NCBI GenBank assembly: GCA_964016885.1
Contig: OZ024740.1
Location: forward strand, 221,402,001-221,466,000
Length of the DNA: 64,000 nt
Direction of reading: 5' to 3'
Source of the DNA: Eledone cirrhosa
Lineage: Eukaryota
In this document: in pieces, positions 1 through 12,022 of the stretch
Position numbering within the stretch: position 1 is the stretch's first letter
Layout: each line of letters opens with the position of its first letter
Notes under the pieces: generated by a model
Told to the model about the DNA's origin: nothing
The model's input: only the letters and a program-made list of their open reading frames with translations
Database searches by the model: none
Translations under genes and position numbers: made by a program

Positions 1-472
1 TCTACCCATGGGCCTCCTGCCAGTTGGTTTTGCCTGTAGAATATGTCCAGAGATTTTTCTTGAGACATTATAACCACATGCCCGTAATATCGGAGCTGTG
101 ATCTCTCAATTCGGAGAAGTAGCGGCTCTATCTGGAGCCACTTTTTGATCTCCGAGTAACGCATTCTATCGAGTTACGTCACTCCACAAACCCTTCGGAG
201 AAACCCCATTTCGGCTGTTTGTATACGCGATCGTATTCTTTCGGTCATTACCCAATATTCATGACAATAGGTAAGGGTTGGCACGAAAACCGAATTGGAG
301 ATAGCGAGTTTGGTTTTTATACCTACCTCTCTTCTACAGAAGCTGGCACATTACTGACCAGCTCCTATAATACTTGCACTTAATGCAGTTTTGTGCTTTC
401 CATCACTCTTGAACACGGCCCCAAGATAATTGAACTTCTCCACCTGCTTCAGTGGAGCTCCACTCACATGTA
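1..472 (-). mobile_element. RTE-clade LINE fragment (C-terminal RT region), degenerate
   Basis: Minus-strand translation gives QVEKFNYLG...KTKLAISNSVFVPTLTYCHEYWVMTERIRSRIQTAEMGFLRRVCGVT*LDRMR...IERSQLRYYGHV, typical of RTE/Rex3 ORFs; contains stops; bases 1-68 resemble 24765-24835. Confidence 0.85.
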
Positions 473-895
473 TCTTAAAGAAATAAAAAAAACAAACATA
501 ATACATAAGATAACGCTCTGTTAGTTACGCTCTGTCTATATAAACAACAATAAGAAAAGCAACCACAACAGTTCAAAACTCTATGATAAATGCACATCAG
601 CGATCTATTTAAATCTACTTTGCTGATTATAGAGTCGTCAGCACTAGAACCAACAGTCATACAGGAGAGAGAAGAATAGATATAAAAATCTTGCTTGTAT
701 TGCCTCGCTGTATCATTTACAATAAACAATCAGGTGTAGATGTGCTTAGCATAATCCACGACATAGTGGTGAAATTTTCTATGTACAGCAAGTCTTCCTA
801 ATGATTGTAGATTGTAATACATTTGTAAAAAAAAGAAAAAAAAAACTCTTTGCCTCTCCCCTCCTCGTTTGGTAAAAGAAATTTGTTGTATCATT

Positions 896-1080
896 ATGGC
901 AGTATCGGTAGGGAGTCGGACGTCATGCTTTGACGCATAGAGTTACGGCCCTTTCCATTCTGAGTTCAAATCCCGCCAAGGTTAACTTTGCCTTTCATCC
1001 TTACATGGTCGATAAAATAAAGTACCAATAATACACTGTGATAATTGCTGGCCCTGTGCCAAAAAATAGAAACAATTATT
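896..1080 (+). mobile_element. tRNA-derived SINE family 1 (5'-truncated)
   Basis: B-box-like GAGTTCAAATCC, conserved core TTGCCTTTCATCCTTAC..GGTCGATAAAATAAAGTACC, 3' end AGAAACAATTATT; many copies in the window. Confidence 0.8.
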
Positions 1081-1477
1081 AGATTTTTATATTTGTGTAT
1101 TTGGTTTTAAATGTATAATCACAAACTTGTACATTTTTTCAGTTAAACTTGTAAATATAACAAGCTAGAATATAGAATAAAATAAAAATTCTAAATTGTA
1201 GTCGCGACCCCATGAAATTATCTGTGACCCCCCCCCCCCCCACCTCCCGCATACACACACTAATCTAGAGAATTGAATCGGTAGAATTTTCTCAATCGTT
1301 CAAATGCCTCCTAACGAATTCTGTTGGATAAGGGTTGTCAACATGAATAATAACAGCGATACTAAATTAAATCACAGTATGTTGTTATGATATTATACCA
1401 CACAGTATGGTGTTACATTACCCCTTTCACACACAACACACACACTCACACACACACTCACACATTCACATACACAC

Positions 1478-1548
<71 letters not shown>

Positions 1549-1736
1549 GCTTAACAGGCTGACTTATCTCTGTATTACCCGTTGTTTCATACGTGTAGAC
1601 ACACCCAACTCCTTCAGGGTAATGGAGAGATAAGTCAAACTGTAATTATAAATACTCTCAACTCCCACATTAAAAGTTAATTACTCTTCTCTTTCGTTTG
1701 TCTCTACACCTATATATATATATATATATATACATA

Positions 1737-2053
1737 CATGGTGGCTGCCAACTCGTTTTCGAGTACGGCCACTACTTTATATCCATGTAGGAGAACCCCT
1801 ACCGATGCGCTGAACGAGTGTGACTTTTTAGTCTAGCCAGCGACTTGAAAACTCTGGTACAAACACTACACTTGTGACAATTATTGAAACATAGTGCTGG
1901 GCCCATGGTACCATGTGACAACAAGTGCAGAGAGATCTCCAGATATAAAGCAATGCCTGTGCCGTGAAGCTTTTATAGTGAGCAAAGGCACTGCACAAAG
2001 CCAGTCCCACTCTCTTAACCAAGATGATATTTACCAAAAAGAAGAACAAGTCA
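1737..2053 (-). mobile_element. Partial copy of the non-autonomous retroelement at 41898-42510
   Basis: Near-identical to 41898-42215; flanked by TA/TACA microsatellites; orientation inferred. Confidence 0.7.
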
Positions 2054-2064
2054 TACATACATAT

Positions 2065-2130
<66 letters not shown>

Positions 2131-2132
<2 letters not shown>

Positions 2133-3824
2133 ATGTATATATAATGTATTTTGCAATACACTTTATGCTTAATTAAAAGCATTTTGAAGACCGTAATCTA
2201 TTGTTTTAAAGTAGTGACAAATTCACTCACTTTGATCTCAGCAAACAGGGGAGATAAGCCGACAAGTCTTGTTTCGCTTTGGTTGAAGCTTATCAAGGCC
2301 AACAACCACTCTGCATAATCAGCTCCTGATTATTTACTAGATTTCTATAAGAATATAACATCAATGATCTCAGTAAACAGGTGGGGTAGTTGGCCTTAAT
2401 AAGCTTCAACCAAAGCGAAACAAGACTTGTCGGCTTATCTCCCCTGTTTGCTGAGATCAAAGTGAGTGAATTTGTCACCACTTTAAAACAATAGCTTACG
2501 GTCTTCAAAATGCTTTTAATTAAGCATAAAGTGTATTGCAAAATACATTATATATACATCCATATATATATTGCTATTTCAGAGCTCCAATTCTAATTTT
2601 TAATTTCTGCCTGACCAACAACCGCTCTGCATAATCAGCTCCTGATTATTTACTAGATTTCTATAAGAATATAACATCAATGATCTCAGTAAACAGGTGG
2701 GGTAGTTGGCCTTAATAAGCTTCAACCAAAGCGAAACAAGACTTGTCGGCTTATCTCCCCTGTTTGCTGAGATCAAAGTGAGTGAATTTGTCACTACTTT
2801 AAAACAATAGCTTACGGTCTTCAAAATGCTTTTAATTAAGCATAAAGTGTATTGCAAAATACATTATATATACATCCATATATATATTGCTATTTCAGAG
2901 TTCCAATTCTAATTTTTAATTTCTGCCTGACCAACAACCGCTCTGCATAATCAGCTCCTGATTATTTACTAGATTTCTATAAGAATATAACATCAATGAT
3001 CTCAGTAAACAGGCCTTGATAAGCTTCAACCAAAGCGAAACAAGACTTGTCGGCTTATCTCCCCTGTTTGCTGAGATCAAAGTGAGTGAATTTGTCACTA
3101 CTTTAAAACAATAGCTTACGGTCTTCAAAATGCTTTTAATTAAGCATAAAGTGTATTGCAAAATACATTATATATACATCCATATATATATTGCTATTTC
3201 AGAGCTCCAATTCTAATTTTTAATTTCTGCCTGACCAACAACCGCTCTGCATAATCAGCTCCTGATTATTTACTAGATTTCTATAAGAATATAACATCAA
3301 TGATCTCAGTAAACAGGCCTTGATAAGCTTCAACCAAAGCGAAACAAGACTTGTCGGCTTATCTCCCCTGTTTGCTGAGATCAAAGTGAGTGAATTTGTC
3401 ACTACTTTAAAACAATAGCTTACGGTCTTCAAAATGCTTTTAATTAAGCATAAAGTGTATTGCAAAATACATTATATATACATCCATATATATATTGCTA
3501 TTTCAGAGCTCCAATTCTAATTTTTAATTTCTGCCTGACCAACAACCGCTCTGCATAATCAGCTCCTGATTATTTACTAGATTTCTATAAGAATATAACA
3601 TCAATGATCTCAGTAAACAGGCCTTGATAAGCTTCAACCAAAGCGAAACAAGACTTGTCGGCTTATCTCCCCTGTTTGCTGAGATCAAAGTGAGTGAATT
3701 TGTCACTACTTTAAAACAATAGCTTACGGTCTTCAAAATGCTATTAATTAAGCATAAAGTGTATTGCAAAATACATTATATATACATCCATATATATATT
3801 GCTATTTCAGAGCTCCAATTCTAA
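2131..3824 (+). mobile_element. Retrozyme-like / PLE pseudo-LTR tandem array: five 304-316 bp monomers, each with a type I HHR motif, preceded by an inverted partial copy (2131-2300)
   Basis: HHR motifs at 2393, 2709, 3013, 3317 and 3621 (periods 316, 304, 304, 304); inverted arm carries the motif on the minus strand (2258-2299); flanked by (TA)n. Confidence 0.85.
3013..3054 (+). ncRNA. Type I hammerhead ribozyme, U3-A8 core variant (identical at 3317-3358, 3621-3662 and minus 2258-2299)
   Basis: GCC-TTGATAA-GCTT(CAACCA)AAGC-GAA-ACAAG(A)CTTGT-C-GGC: stems I, II and III all pair; GUC cleavage triplet. Confidence 0.8.
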
Positions 3825-3869
3825 TATATATATTGAAGAGTTATACAATTTATTTTATTAATATTTATA

Positions 3870-3904
<35 letters not shown>

Positions 3905-3906
<2 letters not shown>

Positions 3907-4283
3907 GTGTGTCTGATGTTAGGTAAGATGCTTCCATAGGCGGTATGCTGATTGAGCACTCTATGCTCTTACAGAGCAGAGTATGATACATCTGATGCAT
4001 CTGAACTCAATTTACTGTCTGTTACATTTGTTTCCCCGGCGGACAGCTCGAGACGCGATCATTGTGTGGATCTGTCTGATTCTGGACCCGCAGGTTCGCC
4101 GGACACGTCTAATGATTTCGGAGTGAGAGAATATGCTCCGAAATCATTAGATGTGTCCGTCGAACCTGCGGGTCCAGAATCAGACAGAACCACACAATGA
4201 TCGCGTCTCGAGATGTCCGCCGGGGAAACAATTGTAACACACAATAAATTGAGTTCAGATACATTACTGATTTTTCGTTTTCT
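3905..4283. mobile_element. Fold-back cassette family B (PLE pLTR-like) with candidate branched HHR
   Basis: Inverted arms about 3993-4122 / 4135-4263; homologous to 51684-52030 and to a fragment at 8625-8720. Confidence 0.7.
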
Positions 4284-4520
4284 AACTAACGTTACATAGA
4301 TCGATAACGAAATATGCGTACGATGTATCACCTAGAAACGATCGTAAAGCAGTGAAGTATATTTCTAATAACTTGAATTTTTATTCATTGTTTTAACTTA
4401 TATCATGACTCTGTTTTCCTTTTGATGTTTTATTGTTTTCCGGGATTTATTTTAACCTACAGCATATGGATTACATTGAGTTCTTCATGCAGACTAGACC
4501 CCACAACTAACCGTGGATAT

Positions 4521-4584
<64 letters not shown>

Positions 4585-4597
4585 CTACATACATATA

Positions 4598-4700
<103 letters not shown>

Positions 4701-5031
4701 ATAATAATCTTTTATTTTAATAAATATATATATATAATAAATGTAATCTGAGTTTTTCGAATATTAATAATAATATTCGATTCGTTTGCAATTATGCAAA
4801 CAACCTCTTTTTAAAGCCATGTCAGTAGAATTAGCCCCTCATTCTTGCTCTTGTGTTGGCATGTAAACAGAACTGCAGACACTAATGCTTCTGGGTATCA
4901 AACTTTATCTGTACAGTTCACTGTTCACCTGCCAACTATCAGAGCTAGAGAAAATATAATATATTTTCTAAAATTTACAGTCACTAATCAGCCTGATTTG
5001 CATATTAGCAGACTGGCTGATCCTTCAGATC

Positions 5032-5094
<63 letters not shown>

Positions 5095-5098
<4 letters not shown>

Positions 5099-5857
5099 AT
5101 ATTAAATAAATGGAAAATATATTTATAAAACCTTATTTATTTTATTATATATATTTCAAGGGCAACCAAGACAACATTGGTACGCTTTCATCAGATAAAA
5201 TACAAAGTTTGTTTTATAAATAGAGACATACCCATGAATATCATATCTTATCGGTTGGAAATTCACTGGATAGTGGAAATATATTGAAAAAATATTAAAA
5301 ATTCGGGAAAAATAAAAAGTAAATTTTAAAATTAGATAAAAAATTAAAGAAATAATTAAAAATTATTAAGATTAAAATTAAAATTAAAATTAAAATTAAA
5401 ATTAAAATTAAAATTTAAATTTAAAAAATTAGAATTATTTCTTAATTATTTCTTTAAGTTTTTTTTAATCTATTTTAAAAAATTACTTTTATTCTAATTG
5501 ATTTTTTACTTTTTTTAATTGTTCCCGAATTTTTAATATTTTTTCAATATCTTTTATTAGATTTATAACCACTAACGAATTCTGGCTAAATATATCTTTC
5601 AACATTTATACTTATTTTGACAAAATAGTCTCATACTAACGACTAAATAAACAAAACTGGAGTTTTTTCCGTATCTTCCCATTTTAAAATATATAAAAAT
5701 AAATATTCTTATTAACTCAGTTAACTTAATTTAATTTAACTTAACATTTACTTACATTAGATACAAAACTAATATCCCTCATAACTCATTAAAACAATTA
5801 TCTATAACACGATATACCCATCTATTCATTTATTTATATATTTATCCATTTATCTAT

Positions 5858-5889
<32 letters not shown>

Positions 5890-6489
5890 TTATTTATTTT
5901 TCTATCTATTCTTCTATCTATTTATTTTTCGATCTACTTATAACAGTAAATATTATATTATAAAAGAATTTTAACAACTAATTAGTGGTAAATACACGTA
6001 CCATTAGATATATACTTAGAATATATTCCCCCAAATTTACGTTATATGAGTTTTATTCATCCTCTTGTTAATTTCATCTCTCTATCTTTCTCGTAATATT
6101 TTTTATTTTCTCTCTCTCTTTCTCCATGTCATTTAAATAAACGGTTGTTTTTCAATTATTTACATATTCATTTGCATATTCACACATAAGTTTTAATAAT
6201 CCCTAATATATTTCCACTATCCAGTGAATTTCCAACCGATAAGGTATGATTTTCATGGGTATGTCTCTATTTATAAAACAAACTTTGTATTTTATCTGAT
6301 GAAAGCGTACCAATGTTGTCTTGGTTACCCTTGAAATATATATAATAAAATAAATATGGTTTTATAAATATATTTTCCATTTATTTAATATCATTGAATA
6401 TTTACTCCAGTAACTTGTTGAGTGCTCTAAATCAGTTATAAAAATTTATATTTGTCGGACTTCTAACAAATTAAATACCACTTCTACTT
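5095..6489 (+). mobile_element. Fold-back cassette family C with canonical HHR in both arms
   Basis: Arms 5095-5285 / 6205-6396 are near-perfect inverted repeats; right arm has an extra tail of about 90 bp; (TA)n on both sides; degenerate copy at about 29990-30165. Confidence 0.8.
6290..6350 (+). ncRNA. Type I hammerhead ribozyme (inverted copy at 5140-5200)
   Basis: TTTTAT-CTGATGA-AAG..ACCAA/TTGGT..CTT-GAA-ATATATAT-A-ATAAAA; palindromic stem III. Confidence 0.8.
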
Positions 6490-6982
6490 ATATATATATA
6501 TATATAACAAAGGAATTGTGGTAAGGAACTAGAAGGACCATAACGCACCAGAGTAGTCAATACTTAGGGCAGTAGAGTGGGGAAAAGGAAAAAGGAAAAA
6601 GTATGACCCCGACGGCAAAACTCAAGCCATTTCGACGGCTATTTCTGGACATGTCCAAAAGGAAAAAGTATGACCCCGACGGCAAAACTCAAGCCATTTC
6701 GACGGCTATTTCTGGACATGTCCAGAAATAGCCGTCGAAATGGCTTGAGTTTTGCCGTCGGGGTCATACTTTTTCCTTTTTCCTTTTCCCCACTCTACTG
6801 CCCTAAGTATTGACTACTCTGGTGCGTTATGGTCCTTCTAGTTCCTTACCACAATTCCTTTGTTATATATATATATATAAGTAGAAGTGGTATTTAATTT
6901 GTTAGAAGTCCGACAAATATAAATTTTTATAACTGATTTAGAGCACGCAACAAGTTACTGGAGTAAATATACAATGATATTA
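6386..6982. repeat. Large near-perfect palindrome centred on CATG (6717-6720) with a 67-bp internal duplication; includes family D half-HHR
   Basis: Right arm 6719-6982 is the reverse complement of the left arm across a (TA)n spacer and the family C tail; family D also at 43407-43605. Confidence 0.9.
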
Positions 6983-7591
6983 CCACCGGACACTTCTCCA
7001 GCCATCCACTCTATACCGTGGAAAATATCCAGCATCTCTTCTCAGACTCGATGGAATTACCTCAGGAACTTACCCACGAACATACACTCACATTTTTTTT
7101 CGCGCCACGCCACCCACATCCACACCACATATAAACACAAACACACACCTACCCCCACTTATACACACTCAACCCCCGGAATCCAGAACATGGAACCTCG
7201 TCCTTCTTCTCACATACACACACACACTCACGTACACCTACACACATACACAAATACCACCTTCAGCCTCCCCCGCCTCCCTCGCCCAATTCCACCCGCC
7301 ACCACCCTTACACGCCTCACACCCTTCCACCACCTTCTCATCTTATTGTTAATTCTTATGTTTACTTTTACGTTTATTTTAATTTTTATTTGTTCTCCTT
7401 CCCCCTTTTTTCTAAATGTATTTCCACACACCCTCGGAACTCTCTTCCTAACCTATTTATCCTGAAGAAGAGATTATGCCCGAAACGTCCCCCCCCCCCA
7501 CTCTCAAGAGCGTGAACCTAATAAACCTTTATTTGTCTGCCTCTCTGTTTTGTTCCCGTCTAAACTTGCACTATATATATATATATGTATA

Positions 7592-7645
<54 letters not shown>

Positions 7646-7646
7646 A

Positions 7647-7767
<121 letters not shown>

Positions 7768-7864
7768 TATGTCTGTGTGTATGATTTATATATAATACAT
7801 GTATGTATGTATGTATGTATGTATGTATATAATGAGTGAAAGTGATTAAGGGAGAGAGAGAGAG

Positions 7865-7955
<91 letters not shown>

Positions 7956-8130
7956 TATTTGAGAACAATTGTTTATAAACGTGTTTAACTTTTAAAAGCT
8001 ACATATTATAATAAGGATATTATTTGTAATATCTTCATAAGAGCTTCAGTAATGTGGCACAGTGGCGGACAAGAAGACAATATAGTGACAATAAAGGGAC
8101 AAGTGACAATAAAGGGACAAGAAGACAATA

Positions 8131-8319
8131 TAGACCTGCCAACCTCTAAAAACCAAAACGGGGAGTACCATGAAAAAAAGTGCCCCAAAACGGGGAGAAA
8201 TGAGGGAAAAATTGGGAGATTTTGCATGAAGAAAGCTATGTCACAAGAGAAGACATCTCTCATCCACCCCGAAGTGGGTGGGAGATCTCCCCGTCGGAGG
8301 AGGAGAGTTGACAGGTCTG
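8131..8319. mobile_element. Non-autonomous DNA transposon (MITE), TIR AGACCTGYCAAC
   Basis: TIRs at both ends, flanking CAATA direct repeat; related inverted copy at 29222-29503 with flanking CTAATA. Confidence 0.65.
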
Positions 8320-9001
8320 CAATAAATTGCCTCTTGGGCCCTCATCATATAGTAGATCTGCTGCTGACACTTTTACAACAATGTTTTGATTTACAAGAAT
8401 ACATTAGCATTCCATTTCTAATTGACGTAACCATCAAATCAGCAACCATACTATATGTTATACTACTCGATATATTGAACTGTTTACCACCAATACTTAG
8501 TTAATATCAGTTGTATTACCAAATACAATCTAAGAGAAAGACAAGGTACACTTGTTGATAGTCAATGATTCATTTAGTGAATACTGGAAATCTTACAAGT
8601 GTTTCAATATATATATATATATATCAGAAAAAAAAGAGAATCAGTGTTGCGACGAATGGAATTTATTGGAAATATTACAATCGTTTCTCCAGCTCGAGAC
8701 ACGATCGAATGATGATCGAACCTGACTCTGAAAATCGCAACGTCTTGATTCTACGAAGCAGATTTTCCTATATATATATATATATAGCTATATGTGGTTG
8801 ACGGCTGAGAGAAAAAAGCGCTCAATACCGAAGCAGAGTTTTAATATTCATTTATTAAGGCTAAATAGTGAGTCCTGTTACTCTGAGGTTACGCTTGTGA
8901 TATACACAAATAGTAGAGAGGAAAAAGATTTTTTCAGTAGAAAATGCTGAAGAGATTCTTTCAGTATAATATCAAAACATTTATTTATAAAGTGGATATT
9001 T

Positions 9002-9050
9002 CCGCATTTAATAATACCGGTTTCAGCATTATATGCTTTTTCAACTGCGG
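9002..9050 (-). ncRNA. Type I HHR, U3-A8 variant (TTGAAAA core)
   Basis: Minus strand: CCGCAG-TTGAAAA-AGCAT(ATA)ATGCT-GAA-ACCGGT-A-TTATTAAATGCGG; proximal stem I is weak. Confidence 0.55.
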
Positions 9051-9451
9051 ATATGCATAATGTAGTTATGTTCCATATTTATGCGAATAATAAAAAGGGG
9101 AAGACAAATTATTAGTTTTTATATACATATTTAGAGAGGAGAGTTCATATCTCTGTCCGTGTTTGGCCTTCGTGTTGGTTTTGGCTGGCAGTAATAGGGG
9201 AAGAGGGGGAGGAAAGAGGGAAGTGGTGTGGGAGAGAAGAATAAGTAGACAAGGCATAGGTGTGGTAGCAATCTGTTGTGGTGAAAGCCAATTTAAAAGA
9301 TGGCTATAAAAGAGAGCTGGGATTGGTTTGAATGGTCGAATGACTGAGGAGGTGATTGTTTCTAAAAATAACTATCGTGGTGTTCCTGTTTGTAAGACTG
9401 TCATACTTAAATTATTTTATCTTGGAAAAAATCGACGTATATATATATAGA

Positions 9452-10189
9452 ATAGAATGAAACGAAATTTCATTTCTCACTCTTAGTACGGCACTTACTT
9501 CAATGCAAGTATGTATGTATACGTACATACACATATGTATACAGACGTACAGTTGTATATATATATACAGACATGCACACATATATATATGCACGTATCG
9601 GTTTACCGAACATTTATTATAATGCTCGGTTTGTTTGTTTGTAAACAAACAGACAGCCCGAATTACGCCGTACAGTGTTTAGCCAACCACGTCACCTTTT
9701 TGTCCAACACTGACACAGGAATGATGTACTAGTTTCAAGTTTATTAGCTATCGTCAGCATCGTATACCTTCCTGCCAGATGGTTGAACGTCTGAAAGTAT
9801 ATACTTTCCTTATGCATATTAACGGCTAAGCAGCCTAATTTGCATATCGAGTGAGTTCAGTCGGCCAGGCACACCGAAAACGATAAATGGAATAGAATGA
9901 AACGAAATTTCATTTCTCACTCTTAGTACGGCACTTATTTCAATGCAAGTATGTATGTATGTATACGTACATACATATATGTATACAGACGTACAGTAGT
10001 ATGTATATATATACATACATGCACACATATATATATATATATGCACGTATCGGTTTACCGAACATTTATTATAATGTTCGGTTTGCTTGTTTGTAAACAA
10101 ACAAACAGCCCGAATTACGCCGTACAGTGTTTAGGCAACTACGTCACCTTTTTGTTCAACACTGACACAGGAACGATGTACTAGTTTCA
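9452..10189 (-). mobile_element. Tandem pLTR/retrozyme-like repeat (period about 452 bp) with HHR at 9723-9761
   Basis: 9452-9737 is repeated at about 9892-10189; minus strand GATG-CTGACGA-TAGCTAATAAACTT-GAA-ACTAGT-A-CATC. Confidence 0.7.
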
Positions 10190-10247
10190 TTATATATTTA
10201 TCCTTATCGAGCCTGCTTTGGATTTTAGTCTTCAAATTTATTATTAT

Positions 10248-10301
<54 letters not shown>

Positions 10302-10354
10302 TAGTAATAATAATATATACAAAGACCAAAATCTAGAGAGGGCTCGATAAGGGT

Positions 10355-10408
<54 letters not shown>

Positions 10409-10989
10409 TATATATAAACCCGTAGAGCGAATATTTATTATTAGCACAGATTAAAGGTTTAAGCAAACACAGACACATCATGGAAATTCGCATTATTAGA
10501 CAAGAGTCACCACTTGTTAAAAAAATGGATCAACATTTTTTCGGGTTATGTGTCGTTTCCACGCGCAACTTCAAAACGACACCTCGTTAAGACATTCACT
10601 CTGCGCCTGATAAATTAGTCCCAAACGTTGAACCGCTGCTTCGTGCATTCTGCATCGTGGTGTACAGTCTGCAGTTGCCTTGAAAGCTAAGGTAGCAAAA
10701 TAGATATGAGAATGAATCATAATAAATTAGCTCTCTTGCTCTAGATAGAGCGTTATTTTCCGTTTACCCTTCCCGCGTACAAATTTGCTATACATACATA
10801 CCTACATACATACATACATACATACATACATACATACATACATACATACATACATACATACATACACACATACCTACATACTTACATACTAACAAACATA
10901 CATACATGCATATATATATATATGCTTATATACATTTATATATATACAAACACATACACACACACTTACACACACACACGCGCGCACAC

Positions 10990-11046
<57 letters not shown>

Positions 11047-11048
<2 letters not shown>

Positions 11049-11093
11049 TCCTGATGATTTCTAATGAATGAAACAGTTCTAGTCCTGTAGAAT
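11047..11093 (+). ncRNA. Type I HHR in a short TA-flanked cassette (related copy 57402-57451)
   Basis: ATTC-CTGATGA-TTTC(TAAT)GAAT-GAA-ACAG(TTCTAGTC)CTGT-A-GAAT. Confidence 0.7.
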
Positions 11094-11177
11094 TTCATCT
11101 ATATTAAAACTGTTATACTCTGCTATGTATTGAGTACCTTACTTACTGTGGTTACCTCCGATTCAACCCGGAATAAC

Positions 11178-11213
<36 letters not shown>

Positions 11214-11885
11214 CTTATACTTGTATTGTCTAGTCAACTTGAAAATATTTTGTGCTGATAAAGCATGTTTCAGTAGAACTGTGGAAATAACTACACAGAA
11301 TAATTGTCGTAGGTAGGTTTTATGATGCGTGATAATTTATTCTAGAACCTGCATTATAGTCTACATAGATCACAAACCTGAAACAAATTTGATGTTCAGC
11401 TATCCGGACATTTCTATAAAGCCTTTTCTCTCTGTCGATGCATATATCACAAACAACCTGGTTCGATAAAATCATTATACAATAAATACATATCAGTATA
11501 AAGGCGGCGAATTGCCAGAGTTGTTCGAATGTTTTGCGGTATTCGCCAAGGTCTATTTTACTTTTTACTCTTTCAAATTCGATAAATAAAGTACCAGTCT
11601 AACAACTCAGATCAATTCTTCCTCTACATATAATTCTTACTTTCTATCTCTTTTCGCCTCCTTCACTCGAAGAAATCGTTTGCATTCAGACTTGGAGAGG
11701 GATGGCTTCCGCTAGGTTGAAATGTCTAAGGTAGGCTGTACGTCACAACGCCGCGTCTACAACTCCACCATAATTTAAGGCTCCATTCCATGTAAGATAC
11801 CTGTACAGATACACTACAAGATTAACCAAGGCTATATGAATGTGTATATGAATATACATATTTAGTATGTATATTTATATACACA

Positions 11886-12022
11886 GTGAAGGCGCGTGGT
11901 TGAGTGGTTAGAGAATTGGATTCGCAATCGTGAAGTTGTGAGTTCGATTCCCGGACCGGGCGATGCATTATGTCTTTGAGCAAGACACTTTATTTCACAT
12001 TGCTCCTTCTACCTGGAGTTGC
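11886..12022 (+). mobile_element. tRNA-derived SINE family 2 (CORE-like)
   Basis: A box TGGTTGAGTGG, B box GAGTTCGATTCC, then TGTCYTTGAGCAAGACACTTTA; copies at 53965-54101, 63853-64000 and minus-strand about 31370-31490 and 23430-23525. Confidence 0.75.

Noticed and set aside
2293-3769. Five repeated 81-85 aa ORFs (MQYTLCLIKS...)
   Set aside because: Antisense by-products of the tandem ribozyme monomer; non-ATG starts and no recognisable domain.
2301-3824. CRISPR-like array
   Set aside because: Units are near-identical 304-316 bp tandem copies with no unique spacers and no cas genes, in a eukaryotic context.
8052-8504. 150-aa ORF
   Set aside because: Runs through a short tandem repeat and a MITE; no domain similarity.
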